Below are positions 38,024 through 49,500 of a DNA stretch of 64,000 nt, one piece after another. The notes under the pieces are model-generated. The model saw only the letters and a program-made list of their open reading frames with translations. It was not told where the DNA came from and did not search any database. The stretch is from Azolla caroliniana (lineage: Eukaryota > Plantae > Polypodiophyta). The DNA lies in assembly GCA_043228905.1 (NCBI GenBank), contig JBHGNT010000014.1, positions 13,826,001 to 13,890,000 of the forward strand. The letters are read 5' to 3'. How positions within the stretch are numbered: position 1 is the first letter of the stretch; every line of letters begins with the position of its first letter. Position numbers and translations under genes: made by a program.

Positions 38024-38461
38024 TGAAGATAATGCATTGATTGGTACATCCGAGGATGACGATGAGGAATCCTTATTGTATATTAGTTATAGTAGTGATT
38101 CTCCGTAAAGGAGTGATCATGAATGTATGTTTAGCTATTAAGTGTAACTACCTTCCGCTTGTAACAAATCGAGTAATATAAAAGCATGTGTTTTGAACTC
38201 TTTCAATTCCTATGAATGTCGTTTCTTATAAAAAAACATTGGCCGTAAAGTTTGTGATATAAATTGAGAATGTAACTCTTTGATATTTCACTTTTTTAAT
38301 TTATTTTTAAATCACGAAAATGGTGGATTTTTAACCTTTTTCATAGTATATTTGAGAATGTATGATACTCATATCAATGTGTTTTGTAATATCACTTAAA
38401 AAGTACTCAAATCAAATGGAATATTCCTTATCCTTCCATTTATGCGCGATCCTTCCACTTG

Positions 38462-38881
38462 TGAATCCGAACATGTTACAGGATGTTTACGTGGAAAAGT
38501 CTAAAAGGGAAAAACCATGGGAGCCCACACATCCCGAACTGTTACACTATATATATGAGAGGATACAAGGAGACTCACAGGCAACAACCTCGACCTCGTC
38601 TTCGTCTAACAGACGGTTACAATAGAGTTACTTCTAACTCTCACACAATCTCTCTCCTGCTCTAATTAACTATATCAACAACAATGATCATCATCCATCT
38701 AACTACATGCCCTAATTATATTTATACTCATATACAATATGAGTTATTTACAAATATAGCCTACTAAGGTCATATTGAGGCTATTTACAATTATAATCCC
38801 GAGTTATTGTCGACCGATTCAGTTTACTTTTCTCTCTTACTCACATTCTCCTTCCCATCCGGAGGGACCTATTTCCTAACA
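38462..38881 (-). repeat. Solo or partial copia LTR (family of 22301-22918)
   Basis: Shared blocks TTACGTGGAAAA, TTTACAAATATAGCC and CCGGAGGGACCT, ending AACA. Left boundary approximate. Confidence 0.75.
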
Positions 38882-38890
38882 CAACCCTCT

Positions 38891-39268
38891 CACTCTAATA
38901 CCATGTGAAAATTTTATACGCGGAAGTTTGTGTACAACAAACACAGTCGACTCAACTAGACAACAAAAAACAGTTAGAAACACACATAGACTAAACTAAG
39001 TACACAAATACAGAGAGGACTGAGATGAGCTGACAACAAAAAAAAATTATTCAAAATGTTCTCAGTACAAACAAATGGGCTTATAGAGCATTTTATATAT
39101 AAGCCCACTATCAAGTACTGACAAGTACTTGAATGTTCTTCGATAAGCCTCTCACACTAATTTCCTACAATATTCCTATTACTAAAATAGGAATATAGGC
39201 CTCTAATGGCCCTAAACCAGCTTTCGGCTTCCTCAACCGAGCCGGCATGTTGAGCTTGTCACTCAACA
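38891..39268 (-). repeat. 5' LTR (38904-39268) plus Met PBS of a C/J-related copia
   Basis: CTCTAATACCA then TGTGAAAA...TTGAGCTTGTCACTCAACA, the same context as the J 5' end. Confidence 0.8.
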
Positions 39269-39786
39269 ATGACTTGATGTCCACCCTAGATGATATTGAG
39301 GACATAGAAATTACAAAGTTGGAATGGAAAGGGCTAAATAAGAACAACAAAGACATCAACATATTCCAAAGAAGCATCCATACATGAATTCATGAGGGAT
39401 GCTAATATACAAGTTTAGAAAGGTGATTGCATGCTTATTTCAATTTCAAACATCTAAATCATAATATTTGAAGACTTGATATATTAACATTAGGAGAGTA
39501 GCAAGGGTAATCTCTAACTAAAAGCAATAACAAATTTCTTTTAAGATTCAATTCCAACAATACTCCCTTACATATTGATTACTAAATGGTACATAATTAA
39601 TAAACTAATTACTAAGTACCTCTAACTTAATTAGAATGAGAGAGAGCATGGATTGTACTTCACACGATCATGCTTGTATTGAACTTGGTATTGAATTGTC
39701 TTTGTATACCCTTGATCTTCGTATTTTGTCTTGATCCCAACATTATTAAACGAGGATGTAATAATTGTAGGCCTAATATGTATACA

Positions 39787-39878
39787 TATGTATGAATGAA
39801 TGAATGAATGTATGTATGTATGTATGTATGTATGTATGTATGTATGTATGTATGTATGTATGTATGTATGTATGTATG
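39787..39878. repeat. (GAAT)n/(TATG)n microsatellite
   Basis: Seen directly; decays into TG/TA-rich sequence to ~40140. Confidence 0.95.
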
Positions 39879-40972
39879 AATATGTGTGTATAGTGGTACA
39901 AATTCATGTATATGTGTGTATGAATGAATAGTTTCATGAATGTGTATAACTATATGCATGTGATCTAATGAATATTGTATGAATGTCGATGTGTGTGCAT
40001 GAATAAATGGTAGTATGAATGAATGAGTGTATGTGTGTTTGTATTAATGATTGTATGAATGTGTCTATATATGTGTATGATTGTATAATTGTAAGTGTAT
40101 GTGTGTGTATGTTGTATGTTTTTCGCGTATGTGTGTATAATTTAACCTCTTTATATCTACCTATATCCTACTTATGTGTTACCTCCCCTCTGGAAGAACA
40201 CACTCTCGGTTACTACTTATGAGTAACCGGATCAAGGTAATTGTGGTAGGAAGGAAGAGACCTGGGGTCGTCCCGTCGGTTGTACACTTAGCTCGTTACA
40301 AGAGTTAGGGGAGGTAACTCTACCCCAAGGGACTCCTAGATAACTCTCTCGGTGGATCCCCGAGCTCGTCTGATCCGTACGACACTCAACGATGTAGACA
40401 AATCTTAAAACTTCTTAGGGAACGCAATAATAGATATCATGTCGAATCGGCTACAGCCAATTACAAACCTGCGATTACACACAAACAATATACTTAGAAC
40501 ACACATTTAAAGACACATTGAATTACCCCACAAGAAAGAATACTTGATTATGAATACAAACAAATACAAGTACCGATCGACTATCGGTATAGCACTCACT
40601 CTCCCTCTCTCTGTACACTTCTTGCCTAAAATAATATTCTATCAGTCCCCCTCTTTTCCGATCACTTGGTGTTTATGTAGGCCTCCACACTTCCTATTTG
40701 TGGGAAACATGGCATGTTACAATTGTTCCTCATTAATACTCAACTCCCTTTATTTGGTTTTTTGTACTCTACTCCATCTGTCTCTTTTCACACCTTGTCC
40801 CACCGGCCAACATTATGTGTATGTAGATTGTGGTTGTCAAGATTGGGGAGGAGGAGAGCTAGGATGATGGTCGTGCTTAGTTTGCAAGCAATGGCAAGGA
40901 CAAAGAATAGAAAATGGGTAATAAGAATCCCCCTTTCCTTATATTCTTTAAAAGGAAATTAGGATCCATCAC

Positions 40973-43900
40973 TGAAAACGATTACTTGCGGAAGCGTTAG
41001 AAGATAGAGAAAGTAGAGAATACACAGAGTACACGGGAGAGACAGAGAGAGCAGAACCTCAAAGCTATATTCAAAAAATATAAGACACTCTGTCGCTTAC
41101 AACTGTGCTCAGTAGCACTATTTATACAAGTCCTCATAGGACTGACACAAGTACCGTGTACTTTGATGCTCACACAGGCATCTGACACTTACTACGAGAC
41201 TATAATTGCCTAGTAGTCTAAACTAATACTAGGCTACCGGTTACCGATTGGATCCGGCTAACCGGCTCCCCAGCTCACCGGCTCGGTTGCTCACGGCTTA
41301 CCGATCCGTCTCGCTTGCCGGCTCAGGCTTATTCAGCCGATCCGGCTCCAATTGAGCTTGCCGCTCAACACTCCCCCTCAAGCTCAACTTGAGGTTGGAT
41401 CCTAGTGTCAGTCTTTGTGGCAGTCGGTTCTTCCAACCGACTTCTCCTGGCGTTGCTCCGCCTTGCTCGCGCTCCTCGTCCAGTCCGGTTCTGTTTGCCG
41501 CGACCCCTCTTGTTCTGCGCGTCTCGACCTCCTCGGTTGGTATGTCTGCTCAATAGGCCCCTCTCAGCTCCTTCGCTGCTATGACTCCAGCGCTTATCGA
41601 TCCGTCGGCTCCTCCGCAATGCCATCGACTTCCGCTGCATCCGTGTCTGCTTGGCCTTGAATTGATCCGGTTCTTCCGAATCTGTCTATTGAACCAAATC
41701 GATTATCTCCAATTCGTTCCAGCTCTTGTCTGAATCGGTTGCTCCCGATTTGTCTTCTGATTCCAAGCCCTTCACCACATCGGACCATGTCCGAGTCTCG
41801 GCCTTCTTCCTTCGGTCGACTCTATCCTTCTTGAGTCTATCGTCGTTGCCGTTTGTTCCGACTTGTTCAGACGTGTCGACTTCCCTTGTCGACTCGGCTC
41901 CTTTCTTCTTCTTGACTCTCCCTTCGTCTGTTCTTCCCTCACCGGCGCAATCGGCAGTCTCTTTGCCTTTGCCCGTTCCGGTGTCTTTGCCCATTCTCCC
42001 CCTCAAGTGTGGCACGTCGAGATGTTGAACACCAAGCATTTCGGTGAAGTGTTGCAACTTGTCCGATCCGAGCGGCTTAGTGAAGATGTTGACAACCTGT
42101 CGATCCGTGTGAACATACCATAGTTCAACTTCACCGCTCAGGACCCGCTCACATACAAAGTGATAATGCACTTCTATGTGCTTCGTGCGAGCATGGAACA
42201 CATGGTTCTTGGCGAGCTGCATGCTGCTGATGTTATCACAATAAATCGGGATCGGGGTTGGTACCTCGATCCGCAAGTCTCGCAGCAATCACCGAAGCCA
42301 AATGGCTTCACAGGTGGCAATGGTAGCGCCCCGGTACTCAGCCTCAGTGCTTGATAGAGCCACTATTGGCTGCTTTTTGCTGCTCCACGCAACAGCTGCG
42401 ATCCCTAGGGAAAACATATAACCAGAGGTTGATCGGCGATCTGATGCATCGTCGGCCCAGTCGACATCCGTATAACCGACGAGCTCTTCGGTTATACCTT
42501 GCCAGTATAACAGTCCCCGGTCCTTCGTACAACTTACATATCGTAGTATCCGCTACGCGCACTGAAGGTGCTCCACGGTCGGCTTCTGCATGAACTGACT
42601 TATTATTCCGACCGGATAGCTGATGTAAGGTCGTGTGATAGTCAGGTAAATAAGGCTTCTGAAAATTTGTCAGAACCGTTTCTCGTTGCAAGCCGGTCCG
42701 GAGTTGGGACGAAGCTTCTGGTTCCGGTCAAGGGTGTGGAGACAGGTCGGCATTCTGTCATGCCGAACTTGTACAGCATATTCAAGACGTAATGTCATTG
42801 TGAGAGTAATATGCCATTGGGGGTTCGGATCACCTCAATCCCAAGAAAATAATGAAGGTCCCCCAGGTCCTTCATCTCAAATGCGTCCGACAACAGGGAC
42901 TTGACGCGGTTGATTTTTAGAACACCCGGTCTGGTGATGACTAGATCATCAACATATAGCAGTATACATACCGGACCGGCTGAGCCTTGTCGGATGAACG
43001 AAGAGTCCATTTTGGAGGCCACAAACCCCATCTTACGCAACCGGTGCGTGATCTTCGCATTCCAAGCTCGAAGGGCTTGCTTCAGGCCGTACAACGACTT
43101 CTTTAGCCGACATACCGCCGACTTGTTCATCTCCGATTGAAAGCCGGGGGGCTGAGTCATAAAAACTTCTTCTTCAAGATCACCCTGAAGAAACGCATTC
43201 TTCACATCCATCTGGTGAAGATGCCACCCCCTTGCTACAGAAACCGCTAGCACCATACGAACCGTTGTCATCTTCGCTACCGGAGCGAAGGTCTCCTCGT
43301 AGTCAATTCCGTGGGTCTGCGCGTATCCCTTCGCCACTAACCGGGCCTTGCACCGGTTAACGGAACTGTCGGCGTTGTACTTTACCTTGTACACCCACTT
43401 GCATCCGATCGGTTTACAGTGACAGGGAGGGTCAACCAGGTCCCATGTCTCGTTGACATCAAGTGCCCGCATTTCTTCGTCCATAGCGGCATGCCAATTT
43501 GCGTCCTTTGCCGCTTCTGCGTAGCTCTCCGGCTCATGCACTTCCGCCACCTTAGTCATGTACGCATAGTGATGCGCCATGTACTCATTGTACTCGTACC
43601 GCTTGACGGGATCCTTCTGGCAGGTGGACTGGCGTAATTCACCGTTACCCGGTTTAAGGCCTTTCTTGGCCAGTTCGGTCTTCATTGTCAAAGATCTGCC
43701 TCTATCCTTGCCGGAGTCGGATGCACACCGATCCGACTCATCGTTGCCGGTTTCGAATTCCGGCATCCTCTTCTTCCCCTTCTCTTTGCGTGTGAACCGT
43801 CTCCTCGGTTCCTTGCGCGGGGAGTGCATGGCAAAGTCTCCACTACTCGCCGGTTCCTCATCGGACTGGTCAGATTGACTCAGTCTCTCGTTCGGCCCGC

Positions 43901-46799
43901 TCAGCCAAAACGATTCCGGACTCTCATCCTGAGTCCCCACTTCATCATCCTCTACCCGGGCCGGTTCAGGCTGACTAGCCTCATCCTCCGGCATCGAGTC
44001 AGATTCGGAAGTCGGAGTCGGTAAGGAGTACCATGATGCCGATTCATCAAACTCGATATCTCGACTAACTCGGACCTGCCTTGTCTGGGGGTTATAACAC
44101 TTATAACCCTTTTGCTCTTGAGCATAGCCGACTAGGATGCATTTTTCCGATTTTGTATCCAGTTTCCTCCGCTTCTCATCCGATACATGCACATATGCAA
44201 TGCTACCGAAGATCTTAAGGTGTCTCAAATTCGGCTTGCGTCCGAAATACAGCTCGTGAGCTGACACCTTGTCACTGATCCGGTTCTAGATGTAGACAGC
44301 CGTTTGGACTGCCTCCGCCCAGTAGAATTTGGGCATGCTCTTCTCCTCTAGCATTGCCCTTGCCGCATCAATGAGCGACCGGTTCTTCCTCTCGGCAACA
44401 TCGTTCTGTTGCGGTGTGTATCTGCAGCTGAACTCTCGCCGAATTCCCATTTGCTGCAGATAACTGTTGAATTGGCCGGAAAAGTATTCTTTCCCGCCGT
44501 CCGACCACAGGCATTTGATCTTCCTCTCTGATTCCCGTTCCACCATGCTTTGGAGACTCCGGAAACACTCGAAGACTTCACTCTTCCACTCAATGAGGTA
44601 GATCCATGTGTGCCGCGTATAGTCGTCGATGAAGGAAACGAAATATTGACTCCCGCCAAGACTAACATTTTGTGCCGGTCCCCACACATCCAAATGGATT
44701 AGGTCGAGCTTGTTACGGCTCCGGTTACGTTCGGTAGGGAATCGAAGCTGGTGTTGCTTCCCGAGTTGGCAGGCTTCACATAGTTGGGCCTTCTGGCCGC
44801 TGAACTTCGGCAAACCGAAAACAACTTGTTTCGTTTGCAGGTCTTGAAGCCTCCGGTAATTGACGTGCCCTATCCGCTTGTGCGACAGGTCGATGTCCGA
44901 TTCGACCTTCTATCCTTTTGCAAACAGAGCGGTGCCGACGTCATTGGTGTTGTGGATAAACATCCTCCCGTCTCTGCATCCTTGTGCAATAATCTGGCCC
45001 TCTTCCTCGATGAAGCACTCGAGGTGCGTAAACCGCACCTACATCCCTTGGTCGACGATTTGTCCGACCGACACCAGGTTCTTCGTGATTGTCGGAACGT
45101 GTAATACGTTCATCAGCTTCCCCTTCTGTCCGACGTGGCTCAAAGGGACTTCTCCGATGTGCACAATTGGGTGAGGAGTGTCGTCTCCGGTTTCAAGTAC
45201 TCTTGGTTGATCCGGTTTCTCCAAAAAGGAGAACCACTCTTTGTGGTTCGTCATGTGGTTTGACGCACCTGAATCAACATACCACACTTCCTCCGATTTG
45301 GAAGTGGTCTTCTTCATCGAGTTCGCCTCGTGCTTCATTACCAAGGCTGGCCCTTTACCGTCCTTGGATCCTCCCGATCCCTTCGCGTAGTGCGAGCTTT
45401 GCCGGCCATCCTTGCCAGCCTTGCCGGATCCGGATTTGTCTAAATCGGCTCGTTTTCTCCAGCACTCGCTTTCTCTGTGTCCCTTTTTGCCACAGTACCA
45501 GCATTCCGTTGCTGACTTCTCTTGCCGTCTTCCGGTGTCACCATGACTCCCCCTACCTGTGGGAGTCCCAGAACTGTTGTCAGCACATTCTCTGTGCCTT
45601 CGTTCTTGCTCTTGTCGGCCACCTGCATTGCGTGCCGACCCGCCTCGTCCACCACACCCACGAGACCGATCTGCCTCCGTGTACAGCATCTGGCTGTCAG
45701 TGGGTGCGCTAGTTGACGCACCGGCGTGGTTCTCCTCTACAAGGAGCATCGACTGTAAGTCGAAAAATGATGGCGTATTCTCCCTTGTACACACCGCCGT
45801 TCGGAACACTCTGAACTTAGACGCCAGGCCCCCAAGACAAACCTGTACCATCTCTTCTTCCTCTACGGTAACGTTGATAGAGGCAAGAGAATCACAGATC
45901 TCTTTGATCCGGGCCGTGTAATCCGCCACCGACATGTCCTTCTATCGGACATTGCTCAACTCCTGTCAGAGTTGCAGCTTTCGGGCCGTAGTGCTCGTGG
46001 TGAAGACCTTCTTCAGGTTTCCCCAAGCCTCCTTCGGCATCTTGGCGTCTCGGATGTGGCTCAGCAGCTGGTCTCCGACACTAGACGCGAAGCAGTACAT
46101 CACTCTGCTTGCCGATTGTTCCCACACTGGGAAGTCCTTATGCGCCGCATCAGGTGCTGTTTCGTTGGCTCCTTCGACGAAGCTCCAGTAGCCATGCCCA
46201 AGTAGGTACTGGTGCATCTTGTACGACCAAGATGCGTAGTTGGATCTGTCGAGTTTCTCCACAAGGAGCGAGCTAGCAATCCCTCTATCCATCACTTCTC
46301 TGTCTGCTGTTCTTACGACCTGTTAGGGTTTGCTTTCAAGCGTTTGTCATCTGCAAAGGTTCTCAACCCTCGCGCTCTAATACCATGAAAACGATTACTT
46401 CCGGAAGCATTGGAAGACAGAGAAAGTAGAGAATACTCAGAGTACACGGGAGAGACAGAGAGAGTAGAATCTCAAAGCTATATTCAAAAAATATAAGACA
46501 CTCTATCGCTTACAGTTGTGCTCAGTAGCACTATTTATACAAGTCCTCGTAGGACTGACACAAGTACCGTGTACTTTAATGCTCACACGAGCTTTTAACA
46601 CTTACTACGAGACTATAATTGCCTAGTAGTCTAAACTAATATTAGGCTACCGGTTACCGATTGGATCCGGCTAACCGGCTCCCCAGGTCACCGACTCTGT
46701 TGCTTGCTGGCTCGGTTGCTCACGGCTTACCGATCCGTCTCACTTGCCGGCTCAGGCTTATTCAGCCGATTCGGCTCCAGTTGAGCTTGCCGCTCAACA
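40973..46799 (-). mobile_element. Full-length Ty1/copia element J (decayed ORF)
   Basis: LTRs 46386-46799 and 40973-41370, Met PBS 46374-46385, PPT 41371-41381, TSD ATCAC/ATCTC. Confidence 0.95.
41686..46295 (-). pseudogene. gag-PR-INT-RT-RNase H polyprotein of J
   Basis: Motifs [67 protein letters not shown], with stops and frameshifts. Confidence 0.94.
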
Positions 46800-47375
46800 A
46801 TCTCTAAACATCGTAGTTATCCACGTGTGTTTTATGCAACATTTAGGGACACCTTTTGTAAAAACAAGGCACATTGATAAGTGCCTTGTTAGTAATGTTG
46901 GCATGCTCTTAATTCTAACTTCCCTAATTTCGATTTGTCATTTGAAAGTGTACAATGTTCTAAAAACATGCAATATGTTTTGTGCACAACCTTCAGGACC
47001 AATTATATAATTCATTTTCATGGGTTGCGGCTGGGATTGTTGGGAACCAATTATCCCAAGAACTCTGACAAACCCATGAGTGTCTTTGACACACCCAAAC
47101 ATATGGTGATCTCGTAGAATTAGGTTTTGGGATATGTAAAGGTGACTACCTACATATTTATTATGATATCTTGTGATGTGGTTGAGACTTTATTGGTGAG
47201 CCTTAATTGTCCTTCAAATTCTTTATTCCACTACCAAGGTATAACACAAGGTACTTTGTTGGTATGAGATACCTATGGTATGTTGTGTTTGTCTCTTGTG
47301 CTTCCCATGGAATGTGTTGTTGTGGTTAATCACCCTTAACCTTTCCATTACCTAATATATGATTGTATCACTCAA

Positions 47376-47438
47376 CATTAGTTTGATTCTAAGAGGACCA
47401 CCAACTTCATTGGTGGTCCTCTTAGAATCAAACTAATG
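47376..47438. repeat. Perfect inverted repeat, 29-bp arms, 5-nt loop
   Basis: CATTAGTTTGATTCTAAGAGGACCACCAA-CTTCA-TTGGTGGTCCTCTTAGAATCAAACTAATG. Confidence 0.95.
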
Positions 47439-48589
47439 GGGCAAGGAGTGGAGCCAATAGGCTAAGGGCTATGTTTGAGGAAGTGTTAATTCCAAAATAT
47501 TTGAGAAAATAATAAACTCAAGTTTCAAATTACATAATCCATAGTTCTTAAAAATGCTCAACTAATAATCTTTCAATGTATGTAATGGAAGCTTTGTTTA
47601 TATGTGATAGAATTAGATTTGTCCTACATAGGAAAGAGGAAGCATTGCCTTAATAGAAATGATTACTCACACATGAACGCAACTAAGCTTAATGTGATGC
47701 ATTGCCTCAAGTGATTGATGACTAATTAAAAAGTTGGATTCTTAAAATATTTTGTGCTTCATAGTGATATCAAGTTAGGTGATATGTTCTTTGTTTTGTT
47801 GGTGCAAGTTTTATGAACTTTCAAGACATTGAGGCCATCATTGTTGTCCTCAAAGGCTTTTACATTTTGGCAAGGATGGTGATCTAACTAATGAGTTAGG
47901 GATAACATCCTTACGCGAAATCCCAATATGGCCTCTTGTCTATGGTAATATGTCCTAGGACACAAATAGATGAGCAACTTATGTAGACACAAACTATATA
48001 GTGAAAACCGTAATCCTATATTTGAAACTTTCAATGCAATGTTATGAACGGTATGGGATTGGAAGAAGACAATTGAGAATCAAAATGTATTCTTTCAAAA
48101 CCTATGTTGATTCATCCACCATGAGTGTGCTCAAGTGGTAACCTATGCACATTACACATGCACAATCACATTGATAGATTAGTGAATTTGGGTTACCAAT
48201 TTGGTCATATGGAGGATCCTAAATTTGTAGATCTAAATGCAAATAACCATGGAGAATTACAAAAAGCCCTTTCTAATCAAATCTAGAAATGACATTATAG
48301 GTTATAAGTAATGGAAAATTTCTATGAATTTTTGGCACGTTAAAAAGGTTGGCTAGTTAGATAGGTAGATATTTTTTAGCGTCCATAGAGAGGTCAATAT
48401 TGACCCATAGTACCTAACTACAAAAGTTATCTTGATGTTATTCTCCTTCCTAAAAAGGGATACTCATACTTTGAGCACCAAGTCTCCATGTGCGAATCAT
48501 GCATACACATATCAGCTCAACCTTCTATGTGTTCTCTTTAGTATGGTACTCAAGTCATCACCCCCTCTTAATATATCATCATAGCTTTC

Positions 48590-49500
48590 ATGAACTGCAC
48601 TATATGCAGAGCATGTAAAAAGCAAGTGATATTCATCCTCTACTAGCCCTTCCTTGCAAATACTCATGGTAGTAATGAGGTAAGGTTAAATACAATCAAT
48701 AGGCTTTCTTGCCTCGCATAGAACCCAACACTTGGGATTGATGTTTGCAATGTAAATGTTTTAATTTTGTCTATTTAGCATCTTTCCACTTCTTCCTTAG
48801 TGAATACATTAATCTTTCCTCAATAACTACATATTTCATAGCATCACTTGAATGCTCTAGGAGATATTCTATAGCCCATCTTTCGAACAATATTTTGATG
48901 TCAACTACCCAAGCAAGAGAGAATTTTTCTCTTGTGATTCTTTTGTAGTTTACATCCAACATTCCAAGCAAAGATATGGTAATCTATTATTTGCCATATT
49001 CTTGACTTTTATAATGTATCTATGTACCCTTTGTAGCACCAATATCTCTATAGATCGAACACTTGTTTCCAAAAGCATAACTTGATAGGAGGTGGTGGAT
49101 TTTATTCCCAATTATGTCCTTAAAAACATCCTTTGAATCTTCTCAATCTCATTCCATGCATTATGAGAGATAGTTCTACTCCATAAAGCAAAACTTCTAC
49201 TCCATAAAGTAAAACTTGTATTACCAATAACATTAGTTTCACTTCCCATCCATGAGTATCACTTTGTTTGCATTTATTTTCTTACATATAATAATTTTTC
49301 CAACCAACTTGAAGTCTAGACTCAAAGCATACACTCCTTTAATTCATGGCAAATACATCGATACCAAGATACTTAAAGCTTTGTACGAATTGTGCATGTT
49401 CTCCCTTATATATATGCATAGGCTATCTATGAGGTTAGATGGTTCATACTGTTGGCATAAAAGACTGACTCTACCCATTTGTATCTCTACTGTGAATGCA
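48590..49500 (-). mobile_element. LINE (non-LTR) ORF2 3' relic
   Basis: Manual minus-strand translation gives VQSFKYLGID (RT thumb), VLLYGVEV and the C-terminal ICKEGLVEDEYHLLFTCSAY zinc motif. Confidence 0.75.

Noticed and set aside
39660-40222. His/Thr/Tyr- and Cys/Val-rich ORFs
   Set aside because: They are translations of the TATG/TG microsatellite region.
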